From positions 1 through 64,000 of the IMG/VR virus record IMGVR_UViG_3300048924_000100: a DNA stretch of 64,000 bases; one strand, given 5' to 3'. Under the pieces are notes generated by a model. It was not told where the DNA came from. It did not search any database and saw nothing but the letters and a program-made list of their open reading frames with translations. Below are positions 1-9,745 of the stretch, in pieces. Every line of letters begins with the position of its first letter. Position 1 is the stretch's first letter. Both the position numbers and the translations under genes were made by a program.

Positions 1-235
1 GAATCCTCAGGATCACGGTGGTCTTTACCATACCCTTACACCTGAACAATGGGTGCATGCTAACAGCGCACTGAACCTCTATCGGGATAGGCTGCTGAGC
101 ACCGACGTGATCAATGAAGACGAAAAGGGTGGCTACGCGCTGACCATCGCTCGTAAGAACTACGTAGAGCGAACCGGTAACCTGGTAGACCCGTTCTACA
201 AACCACCTACCCCTAACGGCTTTATCCAAGCCTAG
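1..235 (+). CDS. hypothetical protein, 5'-truncated by window edge
   Basis: Frame is open from position 2 (NPQDHGGLYHTLTPEQWVHANS...) to TAG at 233-235. Confidence 0.7.
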   Translation, partial: NPQDHGGLYHTLTPEQWVHANSALNLYRDRLLSTDVINEDEKGGYALTIARKNYVERTGNLVDPFYKPPTPNGFIQA

Positions 236-244
236 GAGCAAGTC

Positions 245-565
245 ATGCTGAAAGAGAAAACAGAAGATGACGGGAAAACCGAAGCAGAAAAGGAGCGGCA
301 AAGGGAATTAAGGGAGTGGTTGGAGACAAGAAAGCCCCAAGACCTTCTGGGTATGCTTCAGGGGCTTTTTCTTTGCGCCCAGCAAGGCACCACGGTATTG
401 ACGTCAATGCATGTTAACGCTGAGACTGGGGGACGTGAAGACTATGACTTGGAGGTCGACGATTTCCACCTCATAGCACTCGAAATGCACGACCGTTTGG
501 TTGACGCACAAGAAGAAGTCTCAGAGTTGACCTACCAAGTAATAGAGCTCACTGAACGCGATTAA
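245..565 (+). CDS. hypothetical protein
   Basis: 106-aa ORF with GGAG RBS directly after the previous stop. Confidence 0.75.
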   Translation: MLKEKTEDDGKTEAEKERQRELREWLETRKPQDLLGMLQGLFLCAQQGTTVLTSMHVNAETGGREDYDLEVDDFHLIALEMHDRLVDAQEEVSELTYQVIELTERD

Positions 566-584
566 GTTATAGCCCGTCTCAGAT

Positions 585-593
585 CTACATTAC
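585..593 (+). promoter_or_regulatory. putative phiKZ-type early promoter (CTACATTAC)
   Basis: Intergenic motif found 7 times upstream of + strand genes; resembles the phiKZ early consensus TATATTAC. Confidence 0.65.
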
Positions 594-637
594 TAACTCG
601 CAATATAACGCAATACTTTTTAAGTAAGGGAATTGGT

Positions 638-1390
638 ATGAACTTTGTAACCAAACAAGAAGCTCGTCGTGTTAACGCAATCAAGCACAACCGTCCGCGT
701 GAACTTACCCATGCAGAGAAGATCCTGCTGGCTGGTGTTGAACTGTCGAAGAAAGGCAAGTACGACATCGAGGAACTCAAGACCCTCTGCACGCTGATGC
801 TCGAAACCACCGGCGGGGAACGTCTGGCAGACAAGCTGAAAGAGGCTGTGAACGACCCTGTGGCGATGCAGTCGCTTATCGAGGTCTATCCTCAGGTTGA
901 GTTCTACGAGGCCATCAACCTCGGCGTAGACGTTCTCAACCCGTTCGAACGTCTGCACTACGAAAACTGGTCTATGTCTGCGCTCGTAGGCATGGCCAAC
1001 GTCATCTCGTTGTTCCACCAAATGCTGCCAAGTCTGCCTCAGGGCGTAGAGACGTACATCTATACCCCGTGGACCAGCCTGCACGCTCTGAGAGCCGAAT
1101 GGGAAGGCGATAAGAAGCAAACCAAGTACCTGGGCCACGCGATACCTTCGCTGCATCAGAAGGCGCTTAAGGAGCTCATGTTGGAGCCACAGTGGAAGGG
1201 TAGCACGTTCGGTACTATCATCTCTGCCGGTCTGCTGCGTAACAAGGATCTGTGGCGTCGTGCTAAGAAGACTCCACCTGTTAGTGACTTCGATCTGGCT
1301 TTTTATGAAGACCGCAAGTTTTCGACTAACGGCTACATTCTCGTAGCTACCAACAAGAAGACAGCAACGAAACTGTACTTCTGCGTCTAA
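638..1390 (+). CDS. hypothetical protein
   Basis: 250-aa ORF with phage-like codon usage, downstream of the promoter motif. Confidence 0.8.
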   Translation: MNFVTKQEARRVNAIKHNRPRELTHAEKILLAGVELSKKGKYDIEELKTLCTLMLETTGGERLADKLKEAVNDPVAMQSLIEVYPQVEFYEAINLGVDVLNPFERLHYENWSMSALVGMANVISLFHQMLPSLPQGVETYIYTPWTSLHALRAEWEGDKKQTKYLGHAIPSLHQKALKELMLEPQWKGSTFGTIISAGLLRNKDLWRRAKKTPPVSDFDLAFYEDRKFSTNGYILVATNKKTATKLYFCV

Positions 1391-1411
1391 ATAAGGATAG
1401 GAGGTTCTCCC

Positions 1412-1669
1412 ATGATGAGCGAAGCTAAAAAGAACCATATTGCTCACATCGAAGGCATTTTGAGTCGTGGAGAGCCTGCTCTCGAAGTGAAGGGTAAAGT
1501 AAACCCTGCTTGGATAACCTGGTACCGTGCTAAACGCGGGGTATCGGGTAACGTTGCACTGAACAAGGGTAAACGACTAATACAGGAAGGCCTTGAACCT
1601 AAGGTCGTACAACCTCCTAAAGAACACAGGTCGCGTAACCCTTACGGTAAACTCACGTTAATGTTTTAA
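1412..1669 (+). CDS. small basic hypothetical protein
   Basis: AGGAGG RBS; 85 aa. Confidence 0.75.
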   Translation: MMSEAKKNHIAHIEGILSRGEPALEVKGKVNPAWITWYRAKRGVSGNVALNKGKRLIQEGLEPKVVQPPKEHRSRNPYGKLTLMF

Positions 1670-1687
1670 CCCCTCTATAACCAGGAG

Positions 1688-2182
1688 ATGCACTGCATGA
1701 AAGCAATTAAGCGTATTGGGTTTGGTTTGATCACTCTTATCGTGCTGTTGTTTGTTTTCGCTCCGCTGTTTGCGACGGCTAATACAAATGTCGACAGCCC
1801 GACGTACAACGTTAACGACAAGGAAAAGAAATACGTCTGTGACGCGTTCACTCGCAACACAGTCGATGCTAAAGGTAAGCTCACCGACAATAACCCCAAG
1901 TACACGAACACTACCGTACTTGAAGATCAAGATGGGTTTACTGTAAAGGCCGGTGCTGCTTTCAAAGAAAACCTGGTGCTCAGTAATGGGTTGCTAGGTG
2001 CCGGTGGCAACATGGGGTCTGATAGTCACACTATCCTCATGAAACGCTCTGACGTTCCAGGGGCATTGTACTTCATGATTTACACCTTCGTGAACGACAA
2101 AGATCCAAAGGCCCGTACTACGTCTGATGATTCACCGATCAAAGACCTCGTTGTTCTGGGGCAGTGCCAACGTAAGCAGTAA
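1688..2182 (+). CDS. exported/periplasmic protein
   Basis: N-terminal KR followed by a hydrophobic stretch and ATA cleavage-like site; Cys near each end of the mature part; start may be 1697. Confidence 0.7.
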   Translation: MHCMKAIKRIGFGLITLIVLLFVFAPLFATANTNVDSPTYNVNDKEKKYVCDAFTRNTVDAKGKLTDNNPKYTNTTVLEDQDGFTVKAGAAFKENLVLSNGLLGAGGNMGSDSHTILMKRSDVPGALYFMIYTFVNDKDPKARTTSDDSPIKDLVVLGQCQRKQ

Positions 2183-2190
2183 CTTCCTGT

Positions 2191-2226
2191 ATAAGCCGCA
2201 GATGCCTTAGGGTGTCTGCGGCTTAT
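2191..2226 (+). terminator. hairpin terminator
   Basis: ataagccgcagatgcc-ttag-ggtgtctgcggcttat, 16-bp stem with G-U pairs. Confidence 0.75.
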
Positions 2227-2288
2227 GGTTGCTTACTTCTTTTTATTAACACTGCACCACCTATCTAATACACCGGTTTGAGGGATTA

Positions 2289-2759
2289 ATGATGTCAACA
2301 GCTGCAGCGCTGGTTATTCGCGAATTCCCAATGGAAGTCATCATGGCCGACACCATGGAGGACCTGTTGAGCCTGTTTCAACAACTTATTCGCTTTGAAG
2401 ACGCACTGGTTAACCTGGACATACACAAGGATCCTCTCGCTATGGCTCAGACCATGGACGAGATCTTGCTTATGGTTGATCGCTGTGTGTTGGCTTACAT
2501 CGACGAGGAACCTGTAGCCTTCATGATGATCGACAAAGGCGAACCTTACACGGTTGGCTCTCTGTTTGTGGCCGAGGAACACCGTAGCCAGGGTATCGGC
2601 GAAATGCTGGTCAACATGTTGCGTGAGTACCACCCGAATAACGAACTCACTGTGAACTGTCATAAAGGAAACACTCGCGCTTTGAGTTTCTACGAGCGTC
2701 TGGGCTTCGTGTTCACAGAAAGCGAATTGATCATGAAAGGTGTGCTTGCGGTAGATTGA
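2289..2759 (+). CDS. GNAT-family N-acetyltransferase
   Basis: Motif A LFVAEEHRSQGIGEML and motif B N-x2-ALSFYERLGF. Confidence 0.9.
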   Translation: MMSTAAALVIREFPMEVIMADTMEDLLSLFQQLIRFEDALVNLDIHKDPLAMAQTMDEILLMVDRCVLAYIDEEPVAFMMIDKGEPYTVGSLFVAEEHRSQGIGEMLVNMLREYHPNNELTVNCHKGNTRALSFYERLGFVFTESELIMKGVLAVD

Positions 2760-2778
2760 TTTACAGGGTTTTTCACAT

Positions 2779-2787
2779 CTACATTAT
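2779..2787 (+). promoter_or_regulatory. putative early promoter (CTACATTAT)
   Basis: Copy of the repeated intergenic motif. Confidence 0.6.
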
Positions 2788-2828
2788 TAGAGTGATTAAC
2801 ACCAACTGTTCTTAATGGGAGAACACTA

Positions 2829-4874
2829 ATGTCTTTGAAAACTTCTAACGTACCAGCAATGCCAACGCTTGCAATGTTGGGCGACAATGGCGGTGTTGTA
2901 ACGGTTAACCCTGAATGGTGTGATTGGTACGAACTCGTGTTCAACGTGCCTGCTGGTGAAGGTTACATCAAGGGCAAAGAGATCATGCACCAGATCGACG
3001 GCGCGTTCTCCGAGTTCTTCGTTCAGCGCAGCGAAGCAATGAAGAGCGCGATCCACGCAATGGTAGCCGACGACCCTAACAGTCCCGGCACCCGTTACCG
3101 TTCGATCGAAGAAGCCCGCAAGTCGTTCACCCTCATCGGCAAGCATGCGATGGACTACGACCACAAGGAAGAAGTGTTCACGTTCGACGGCTACTTCAGC
3201 GTTACGGACCTGGAAGCTATCCTCTTCATCCATCGTGCGGAAGAGCTGATCGGCAAAGCCAAGAAGCGCTTCGGTGATTTCCTCGGCACCGCTGGCAACA
3301 ACACCGAGAAACTGGACGTTAACCAGCTCATGCAGGTTATGCAACCGTCACTGGAACCAAAGGACGTAGACTCGCAGATCTTCGCTACTCCTGTAGCCGA
3401 ATCGTCAAATCGCGCGTACATGTTCCCTAAAGCTAAACCTTCAGCGTTTGCTGATCTTCCAAAGGAAGCCCATGACGGTTATGCGGATCGCGCGGTAGGT
3501 ATTACCGAGCAACGTATGTCCGCCCATCTGACTTCTCCGATGGCCGAGCAGTTCAACTCTGTTGTTGAAGCTCACGCTGCTCTGACTGAATCCGGCATAC
3601 TCAGCCAGAACCTCAGCCGGGCGGTCAATGGGTCTTTCCATATCGAAGGCTATTTCACTCCTAAAGATCTGGAAGCGATCCTGTACTTGTACCGCAACAA
3701 CGACCCAATGGTGTTCCCTAAACAGGATGCTAACGGTCTGCCTAAAGACAACAGTGCGGTTAAACCACTGTACCGTAAAAGCTTCATGGAACTCTTGGGG
3801 GTTACTGACACTTCCAGTTCCGATGAAGTTGCAGCTGCTCTCTGTACGGCGCGTATTGCGTTGACAGAGCACTACAAGAACCGCCCTAACCAGTCGATCG
3901 ATTACCTGGCCGGAGCGACGAGTACACGTAAAGTACCAACCGGTATGGAAATCGACCCAACTGCGCTGAGTCGCAACCTGGATGCTGAGACCGTTGGGCT
4001 AGGCAGGCTTTCTGGCACTCCTCGGTCGGTTTGGTGTTCTTTGAGTAGTCATCCGGCTCCGGAAGGTTTCGACCTTACCCCACCTGAAATGACTGACGGT
4101 GACGTGTTGCACCGCACTCACATTCTTAGTAACGATTGTGTGTTGCATATTGCGTATGACCGTAACGGTGATCAGGCTTTCTATCAGTGCACCAAGCAAG
4201 GTAACCTGGTTAAAGCTGCACGGGAACCGAAAGGAACTCGTGGTCGCACCTACATGACGACCGAGGAGAAGTTTGTTGATGGGATGGCAGGCCTACTGAG
4301 TGACGCTCTGGAAAATCCGGGCTCCGCTGCTAAAGCTCTTCGTCGCTCTACCGGTGATGATTTAAAGGGGAAGCTGACTGCGGAGATTGTTGGTGGCGGT
4401 CTGCGTCGTGGTGAATGGCCGGGTGAAGTTTCTGCCCGTACTGCAATCAATCGCACGACCATTGTGGGCGGAACTCGTATTCACTGCTTTGAGCCGGGTG
4501 ACGACGATTTCCCAATGCTGTCTGCGCTGCTCAAGAAGTTGGAAACCTTCGACGAGCAGTTTGTGGACCTCAAACTTGCATATATGCGGATCGCGGTAGC
4601 GGCTCCATGGGCTGAAGACGGCGTAACACGCTTCGAGAAGGGCGATGGCTTCTTTACTTTGGTGCTGGAGAAAACTACCGGAGCAGTGGTCGAGCTGTTC
4701 TCGCTTAAAGCCACCGAGTACGTAAACCAACCGGATCAGATCGTGGTGTTTGAACATGATCCTGAGACGGTCAATTACGACAGCATCAGTGCATTGTTCG
4801 AAGTGTTTAACAACATCACGCCTGAAGATGTTGCTGCCGCCAAAGAGAAGGCACTTAAGCTCCACGGCGAGTAA
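2829..4874 (+). CDS. hypothetical multidomain protein with internal duplication
   Basis: 681 aa; FTFDGYFSVTDLEAILFIHR and FHIEGYFTPKDLEAILYLYR repeats. Confidence 0.8.
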   Translation: MSLKTSNVPAMPTLAMLGDNGGVVTVNPEWCDWYELVFNVPAGEGYIKGKEIMHQIDGAFSEFFVQRSEAMKSAIHAMVADDPNSPGTRYRSIEEARKSFTLIGKHAMDYDHKEEVFTFDGYFSVTDLEAILFIHRAEELIGKAKKRFGDFLGTAGNNTEKLDVNQLMQVMQPSLEPKDVDSQIFATPVAESSNRAYMFPKAKPSAFADLPKEAHDGYADRAVGITEQRMSAHLTSPMAEQFNSVVEAHAALTESGILSQNLSRAVNGSFHIEGYFTPKDLEAILYLYRNNDPMVFPKQDANGLPKDNSAVKPLYRKSFMELLGVTDTSSSDEVAAALCTARIALTEHYKNRPNQSIDYLAGATSTRKVPTGMEIDPTALSRNLDAETVGLGRLSGTPRSVWCSLSSHPAPEGFDLTPPEMTDGDVLHRTHILSNDCVLHIAYDRNGDQAFYQCTKQGNLVKAAREPKGTRGRTYMTTEEKFVDGMAGLLSDALENPGSAAKALRRSTGDDLKGKLTAEIVGGGLRRGEWPGEVSARTAINRTTIVGGTRIHCFEPGDDDFPMLSALLKKLETFDEQFVDLKLAYMRIAVAAPWAEDGVTRFEKGDGFFTLVLEKTTGAVVELFSLKATEYVNQPDQIVVFEHDPETVNYDSISALFEVFNNITPEDVAAAKEKALKLHGE

Positions 4875-4969
4875 CCCGTTATACCCTGGGGTAGTCTAAC
4901 TACCCCTTTCACCGCTGTACCCACTTACCAGAAACCATTCGGTCTTCTGAAACTATTGGAGTAGTAAAC

Positions 4970-5533
4970 ATGGCTAGTCTTTTTCGTACCCGTGAGTTGT
5001 TGGAATCTTTCCCTAGTCGCAGTGTGACTGTGGAGAGTGCCGCAATCGTTAACAGCAAGAACGATCTGTTGATTCGTTTTGTTATCGACTTCGGCGTTAA
5101 TGGTCGTCTTGCTCGTAATACCACGATCAAGATTGATCCAACTGATCTGTTGCTTTCTACCAAGGCGCTCAAAGCTTACGAGCACACCTTGTTTGAAATC
5201 ATCGGCATGTTCGAAGACATGCTGCATTGGGTGACCAAGTCCGATGCGGCTAACACCGCTGATCTGTTGAACCCATCACCTGAGAACATCTTCAATCGGG
5301 TGCTGTGCGAAGAGAAACCGTTAATGTTCCATGCTGTGCGTTTGCGTAAGCATATGGTTTTCTCCATGTTCGGTGAGAACCTGTACGACGCAGACATCCG
5401 GGTTGATTATAACCAGGAAGCCGGCATGCGCATGTTTACCGACAAGATCCATTCCTTGGTCGACTCTATTCGTGACCACCTCAACGCAATTGAAAAATTG
5501 CCAATGAACAAACTCTTGCAGGGAGCAAAATAA
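4970..5533 (+). CDS. hypothetical protein
   Basis: 187 aa, GGAG RBS. Confidence 0.75.
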   Translation: MASLFRTRELLESFPSRSVTVESAAIVNSKNDLLIRFVIDFGVNGRLARNTTIKIDPTDLLLSTKALKAYEHTLFEIIGMFEDMLHWVTKSDAANTADLLNPSPENIFNRVLCEEKPLMFHAVRLRKHMVFSMFGENLYDADIRVDYNQEAGMRMFTDKIHSLVDSIRDHLNAIEKLPMNKLLQGAK

Positions 5534-5997
5534 TGCGTAAGGTATTTTTGGGTCTGTTGTGCGTCGTTTCGTTCCACGCCTTTGCTGGCGAGATGCTGGA
5601 ATGTGAGAGCCGTGGTTACGCTGCTTCGGCAGATGACATGGACAAGATTGATCAGCAACCTCGTCATAGCGAGTTCCTGGTTGAGAAAGATAAGGTTATC
5701 CAGGTAGCCGTTGGTCGTGCGTTCTACGCGGCGGAACCAGAAGACTTTGGCTTCGAGAAGGATGTATTGACCTTCTACAACCGTCACGCTAACCAAGTGC
5801 TGTACATCTACAAGAGTAATGGCAAGACTGAGGTGGGGGTAAGCGCCCTTAACAAAGATTCGGATGATCTTTATCTGGACAAGGACGAGTTTACGCAATG
5901 TGGTTTTAACGAAAGCCGACGCGGTGTTGCTTTGAAGACATCGTTCACCATGCACAGCCGGAGAGTAGATCCTGCTCTCCCGGTGTTCACTTTTTGA
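5533..5997 (+). CDS. exported protein with Sec signal peptide
   Basis: MRKVFLGLLCVVSFHAFA|G signal; TAATG overlap with the upstream gene. Confidence 0.75.
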   Translation: MRKVFLGLLCVVSFHAFAGEMLECESRGYAASADDMDKIDQQPRHSEFLVEKDKVIQVAVGRAFYAAEPEDFGFEKDVLTFYNRHANQVLYIYKSNGKTEVGVSALNKDSDDLYLDKDEFTQCGFNESRRGVALKTSFTMHSRRVDPALPVFTF

Positions 5998-6007
5998 GGA
6001 GATTGCA

Positions 6008-6388
6008 ATGCCACTTTATTACCAAGGTGACTTAGACAAAGACCTGGCCTCTCTGGAAGGTCTTGACTACGTCGATGCTATCAAGAGTTTGTGCCAGCAG
6101 TTTGCATACGGTGCGATCCAACAGATAGTACTCGACCGTCAGGGGTACGACGAGTTTGCTAAACGTAACCTCCCGGCAATTCTGGCGTTTGCTGATAGCG
6201 TCGGGGTCAAAGAGTTCTGCCGGGTGGTCCAGATACTGTGGGCTGAGCAAGCCAAGCTCAACAACTATCCAATGATCGGTGCATTGGACTGTTCATGTGA
6301 TGGTCCTGGTCAGGCTGAACGGGAGCTGGCTGAAATAAGGAAGAAGCGGGGGCAGGGTTCTGTCCATACCTCTAACACCTTACACTGA
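6008..6388 (+). CDS. hypothetical protein
   Basis: GAGGAG RBS, 126 aa. Confidence 0.75.
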   Translation: MPLYYQGDLDKDLASLEGLDYVDAIKSLCQQFAYGAIQQIVLDRQGYDEFAKRNLPAILAFADSVGVKEFCRVVQILWAEQAKLNNYPMIGALDCSCDGPGQAERELAEIRKKRGQGSVHTSNTLH

Positions 6389-6398
6389 GGAAAGAGCA

Positions 6399-6869
6399 AT
6401 GGGTAACGGTATTTTTCTGGGTACGTCGGTTATTAACGGGGTACCTACCCTCTTTCAGTACACAATGCAACCCAATGACCCGGTTGTTATTGTGGAACTG
6501 TACAACCCGTCCAAAGATGATCTGGTTCCTTCGGCGCCAGTGATTGATCGCGATCGGTTCAAACCGGGTACCTACGAGTCGCCACTTCGGCGGCATCTCA
6601 AGGATACCGGAGTTATCTCTGAGGGCTCAGTAGACAGCCTTGGACACGCGTACCTCAACCAAGCAATCGCTGAACAGGTTCAGAAATTGGGGCAGGAACA
6701 GTGGGCAGTAGTTCTTGCTGAGCACGGTGAACCCCTCCCGGAAAATTGGGACGTGATAGTTAAAAGCAATGTAACGATGTTTCTAGAAAGTCCGGATACA
6801 GCTCGTCGTCTTGTTGAGCGAGTATCGGAAGATGCTGTCGTAAAGATTATTGTTCCAGGCAAGGAGTAA
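6399..6869 (+). CDS. hypothetical protein
   Basis: GAGG RBS, 156 aa, operonic spacing. Confidence 0.75.
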   Translation: MGNGIFLGTSVINGVPTLFQYTMQPNDPVVIVELYNPSKDDLVPSAPVIDRDRFKPGTYESPLRRHLKDTGVISEGSVDSLGHAYLNQAIAEQVQKLGQEQWAVVLAEHGEPLPENWDVIVKSNVTMFLESPDTARRLVERVSEDAVVKIIVPGKE

Positions 6870-6872
6870 CCG

Positions 6873-7526
6873 ATGATCAGTCGGAATAAAGATTGGTTCG
6901 TCAAGTCCGGTTACTGGCGTAACGTTGCTCGTGTGTTGGAACGCATGGGCGGTACCTACGAGAACCAGATCGAAGTATCCGTGTCGCCTGTTAACTCGGA
7001 TGATCTGGGCTGGAGCACTATTGGTCAGGTGCGCATTCGTCGGCATGTGACCATTGATGCACGGGATGTGTTTTCCCACCACTTCCCGGATTATCTGGAA
7101 CGTGAGTTGGAAGAACGCTTTGGGAAAGGTATTGCTAATGCGCTTCTGCATGAAGATCTCCTAAAAGAGATCGACCCGTTCAAGCACAGGGTAATGGCCC
7201 GGCAGTGGGTATGGGGTGGTGGTATTCCCTTCGTACTCATTGCCCGGGAGCCTCACAAGTTCCCTGCGTTGATCCAGTTCTGGATTGACCACCCTGTTGA
7301 AGACAGGCAACAGGCTTTGTTCCTACCGCTCATCGAAGAACACGAAGAGCGGATGAAGCAACCTGTGTTGAACAACGTTCCTCGCGAATGGGTGGAGAGC
7401 TACTACCGCTGGATGAGCAACATGCAACCAGGCGATCCCACGACTGATGAGATCAGGCGGTTCCTGGAAAACAATCCGGTGGAGGTACTTGGGTTTCCAC
7501 CTATCGTCATTATTAAGGATGAATAA
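6873..7526 (+). CDS. hypothetical protein
   Basis: AGGAG RBS, 217 aa. Confidence 0.75.
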   Translation: MISRNKDWFVKSGYWRNVARVLERMGGTYENQIEVSVSPVNSDDLGWSTIGQVRIRRHVTIDARDVFSHHFPDYLERELEERFGKGIANALLHEDLLKEIDPFKHRVMARQWVWGGGIPFVLIAREPHKFPALIQFWIDHPVEDRQQALFLPLIEEHEERMKQPVLNNVPREWVESYYRWMSNMQPGDPTTDEIRRFLENNPVEVLGFPPIVIIKDE

Positions 7527-7530
7527 CTAA

Positions 7531-8364
7531 ATGGTCGAGGTTAACGAGCTGAACTACGCCAAAGACTTGTTAACCGCCCCCGATTTGGTGGTCTACAAGT
7601 TGCTAGGGTATCCGTCAAACGTTTTTATTCTTGAGAAGGCTTTAAAGGCCAGGTTGAAAAACGAACCTGGGTACGAAGTCTGGGTGCCCTTCCATTATTA
7701 CCGATATCTTCCCGCTAACGTCAAAGGGGACCGCGTGTTCCTGAAAACGGAGCAGGTGCTAGTTAGTAATCGGGGTAACGTAATCTCTTTGATCCGCAAC
7801 GGCCCGAGATTGGCCAGTAAATGGATTCAAGGTGGTTACTACACGTCCTCTTTTAAAGATCTGGATAAACAAGAGCGGTTCCTGATTCATAGAGCGCTAG
7901 CCTGCCTTTTTATTGCCAAACCCGATGAGTTCTTTAGGGAGTCGTATGCAAACCTTCAAGTTAACCACATTGATGGAGACAAGCTGAACATCGAGTTGAG
8001 TAATCTTGAATGGGTGACCTGCTCCGGCAATGTTGTCCACGCTCTGGAGACGGGCTTGACTGTAAAAAGGCTTGGTTTAAACCACCATGGGTCTAAGCCG
8101 GTAAAGGTCACTATCGGGCCAGGTATGTTCTATGGCCGTGAGTTTATTCTTATCGGGCAGAAAGAAATGAAAGACAATGGGTTTAACTATACTCCCGTTG
8201 GCTATTGCTGTTTGGGTAAATCTAAAACTTATCGCGGGTGCAAGTTCTCCTTTGCAACCGAAGCAGAAATTAGATATTTGTCGAGAGGGCTGCCGCCAGA
8301 AGTGATGGCAGCAATACCACCTTCCAGAAAGGAAAAGAAACGTGAATTGGCTCACTCACTCTAA
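7531..8364 (+). CDS. free-standing HNH homing endonuclease (HNH_3/NUMOD-type)
   Basis: HRALACLFI...QVNHIDGDKLNIELSNLEWVT..GNVVHA motif; VSNRGNV N-terminal motif; overlaps the next gene. Confidence 0.9.
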   Translation: MVEVNELNYAKDLLTAPDLVVYKLLGYPSNVFILEKALKARLKNEPGYEVWVPFHYYRYLPANVKGDRVFLKTEQVLVSNRGNVISLIRNGPRLASKWIQGGYYTSSFKDLDKQERFLIHRALACLFIAKPDEFFRESYANLQVNHIDGDKLNIELSNLEWVTCSGNVVHALETGLTVKRLGLNHHGSKPVKVTIGPGMFYGREFILIGQKEMKDNGFNYTPVGYCCLGKSKTYRGCKFSFATEAEIRYLSRGLPPEVMAAIPPSRKEKKRELAHSL

Positions 8365-8914
8365 AAGTAACAGAAGTGTTGGATTTATCCAAGACGGAAG
8401 TGTGTCAGAAGGTGGTTGTTGTCCGCATTTAGAAGATGGGGATACAGCTTATGGCGAGTCTTCTGAAAACGATAGCCATGGTTCAGAAGCGTATTTATAC
8501 TGCAAATCCTGCTACGATCAGTTTCTGATTGATCGTGAGTTGGAGTCCGAAGACTGCGAGGACTGCTGTATGGATGTACCCAGGAATGAGGGATCGCATT
8601 ACATCCCACATATCTGTGAAGAACTGCCACGAGAGAGCAACCGCATTTTCGTGTGCAACATCTGCAAAGAACTCCCTGCTCACCAGGATCGCCTGGCGCA
8701 GGATGAACTGGACAGGGAAGCCGAACAACGGGAGGCTGAAATGAACAACAACGATTCCCATTTGTCTCGCGAAGATGACGGTGTAGACCCCGAACTCGAC
8801 GACGACGATATTGATGTCTACGAGGACGAAGTCCACTTCGAACCACTCGAGCCCGAGGAAGGCGAAGAACCGGACGTTCGCTCTGCTGATGACGATGACG
8901 AGGAAGAAGAATAA
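8342..8914 (+). CDS. Cys/His-rich (zinc-binding) protein with acidic tail
   Basis: CPH, CKSC, CEDC, HIC and CNICxxxxxH motifs; D/E-rich C-terminus. Confidence 0.7.
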   Translation: MNWLTHSKSNRSVGFIQDGSVSEGGCCPHLEDGDTAYGESSENDSHGSEAYLYCKSCYDQFLIDRELESEDCEDCCMDVPRNEGSHYIPHICEELPRESNRIFVCNICKELPAHQDRLAQDELDREAEQREAEMNNNDSHLSREDDGVDPELDDDDIDVYEDEVHFEPLEPEEGEEPDVRSADDDDEEEE

Positions 8915-9372
8915 TGCTTCATCCAAGTAAGGTCGACGAGGTCATCGTAGATGAAGCGCGCAGCGCTCGTATTCAGGAGAAGTACAAACGCCTGGTGGAT
9001 CACGGTCTGTACGAAAACAACGACCTGCGTTCTTTCGCTAACAGTCAGTGGAACGCTATCGTTCATTTCGACGATAAGACGCTCTACGTGTTTACGTACC
9101 CGATCACCTCTACTAAACCGACCTGCTACATTAAGACCTGCTCTTGCGGTACCGTGATCTTCAAAGAGCAGATCGAATACATTGTTGAACGTCCTGTTGA
9201 TCTCGAAGACGTTCTGGACGCCATCCAACTGGCTCTGGATTTTGTCGGCGATGAACTTGCTGTACCTTTACCAACAAGGGCGTTTAACGGAGTTAGCGTG
9301 GATATCGATGGTTCCGGTGAACCCGTCCCCTTTTATCCTGGCCACACAACACAACCAAAGGAATCTGATTGA
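8914..9372 (+). CDS. hypothetical protein
   Basis: TAATG coupling; 152 aa. Confidence 0.75.
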   Translation: MLHPSKVDEVIVDEARSARIQEKYKRLVDHGLYENNDLRSFANSQWNAIVHFDDKTLYVFTYPITSTKPTCYIKTCSCGTVIFKEQIEYIVERPVDLEDVLDAIQLALDFVGDELAVPLPTRAFNGVSVDIDGSGEPVPFYPGHTTQPKESD

Positions 9373-9373
9373 A

Positions 9374-9655
9374 ATGAGCACCACGGTAAAGATCCAACAA
9401 AAACTCGGCATGGACCCGTTCAAGAAACTGAACTCCCAGCTGAAAGAAGCCGGTCTGCATCTTGTGCACAGTGATGGTAAAGATCAACCCGACCGGAAGA
9501 TCACACAAGAAAACGTGATCTGCAAGGTCAAGCAAGTGTTTAACCTCGGCAAGAAGATGGAAGTCGTCCTGGACGTAGATCGTGCGTTCAAACCTGAAGA
9601 GCTGCGTTTCCAGCAATTCGGTGATGTCTTCTATCTTGTGCGCAAAGGGGCATAA
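9374..9655 (+). CDS. hypothetical protein (MSTTVKIQQ...)
   Basis: ATG at 9374 directly after the upstream stop; the track ORF 9182 over-extends. Confidence 0.7.
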   Translation: MSTTVKIQQKLGMDPFKKLNSQLKEAGLHLVHSDGKDQPDRKITQENVICKVKQVFNLGKKMEVVLDVDRAFKPEELRFQQFGDVFYLVRKGA

Positions 9656-9745
9656 GAGCAACACCCTCTCCTTCAGGTCGGGCCAACAGGCTTGAGGGAG
9701 AGGTTTCACCCCTTTATTTTTTGTTTGCTAGTGGGAGGATTTGTA

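Noticed and set aside
1412-1669. Ribosomal L7/L12 C-terminal-like motif (WYRAKRGVS)
   Set aside because: Similarity is too weak to support.
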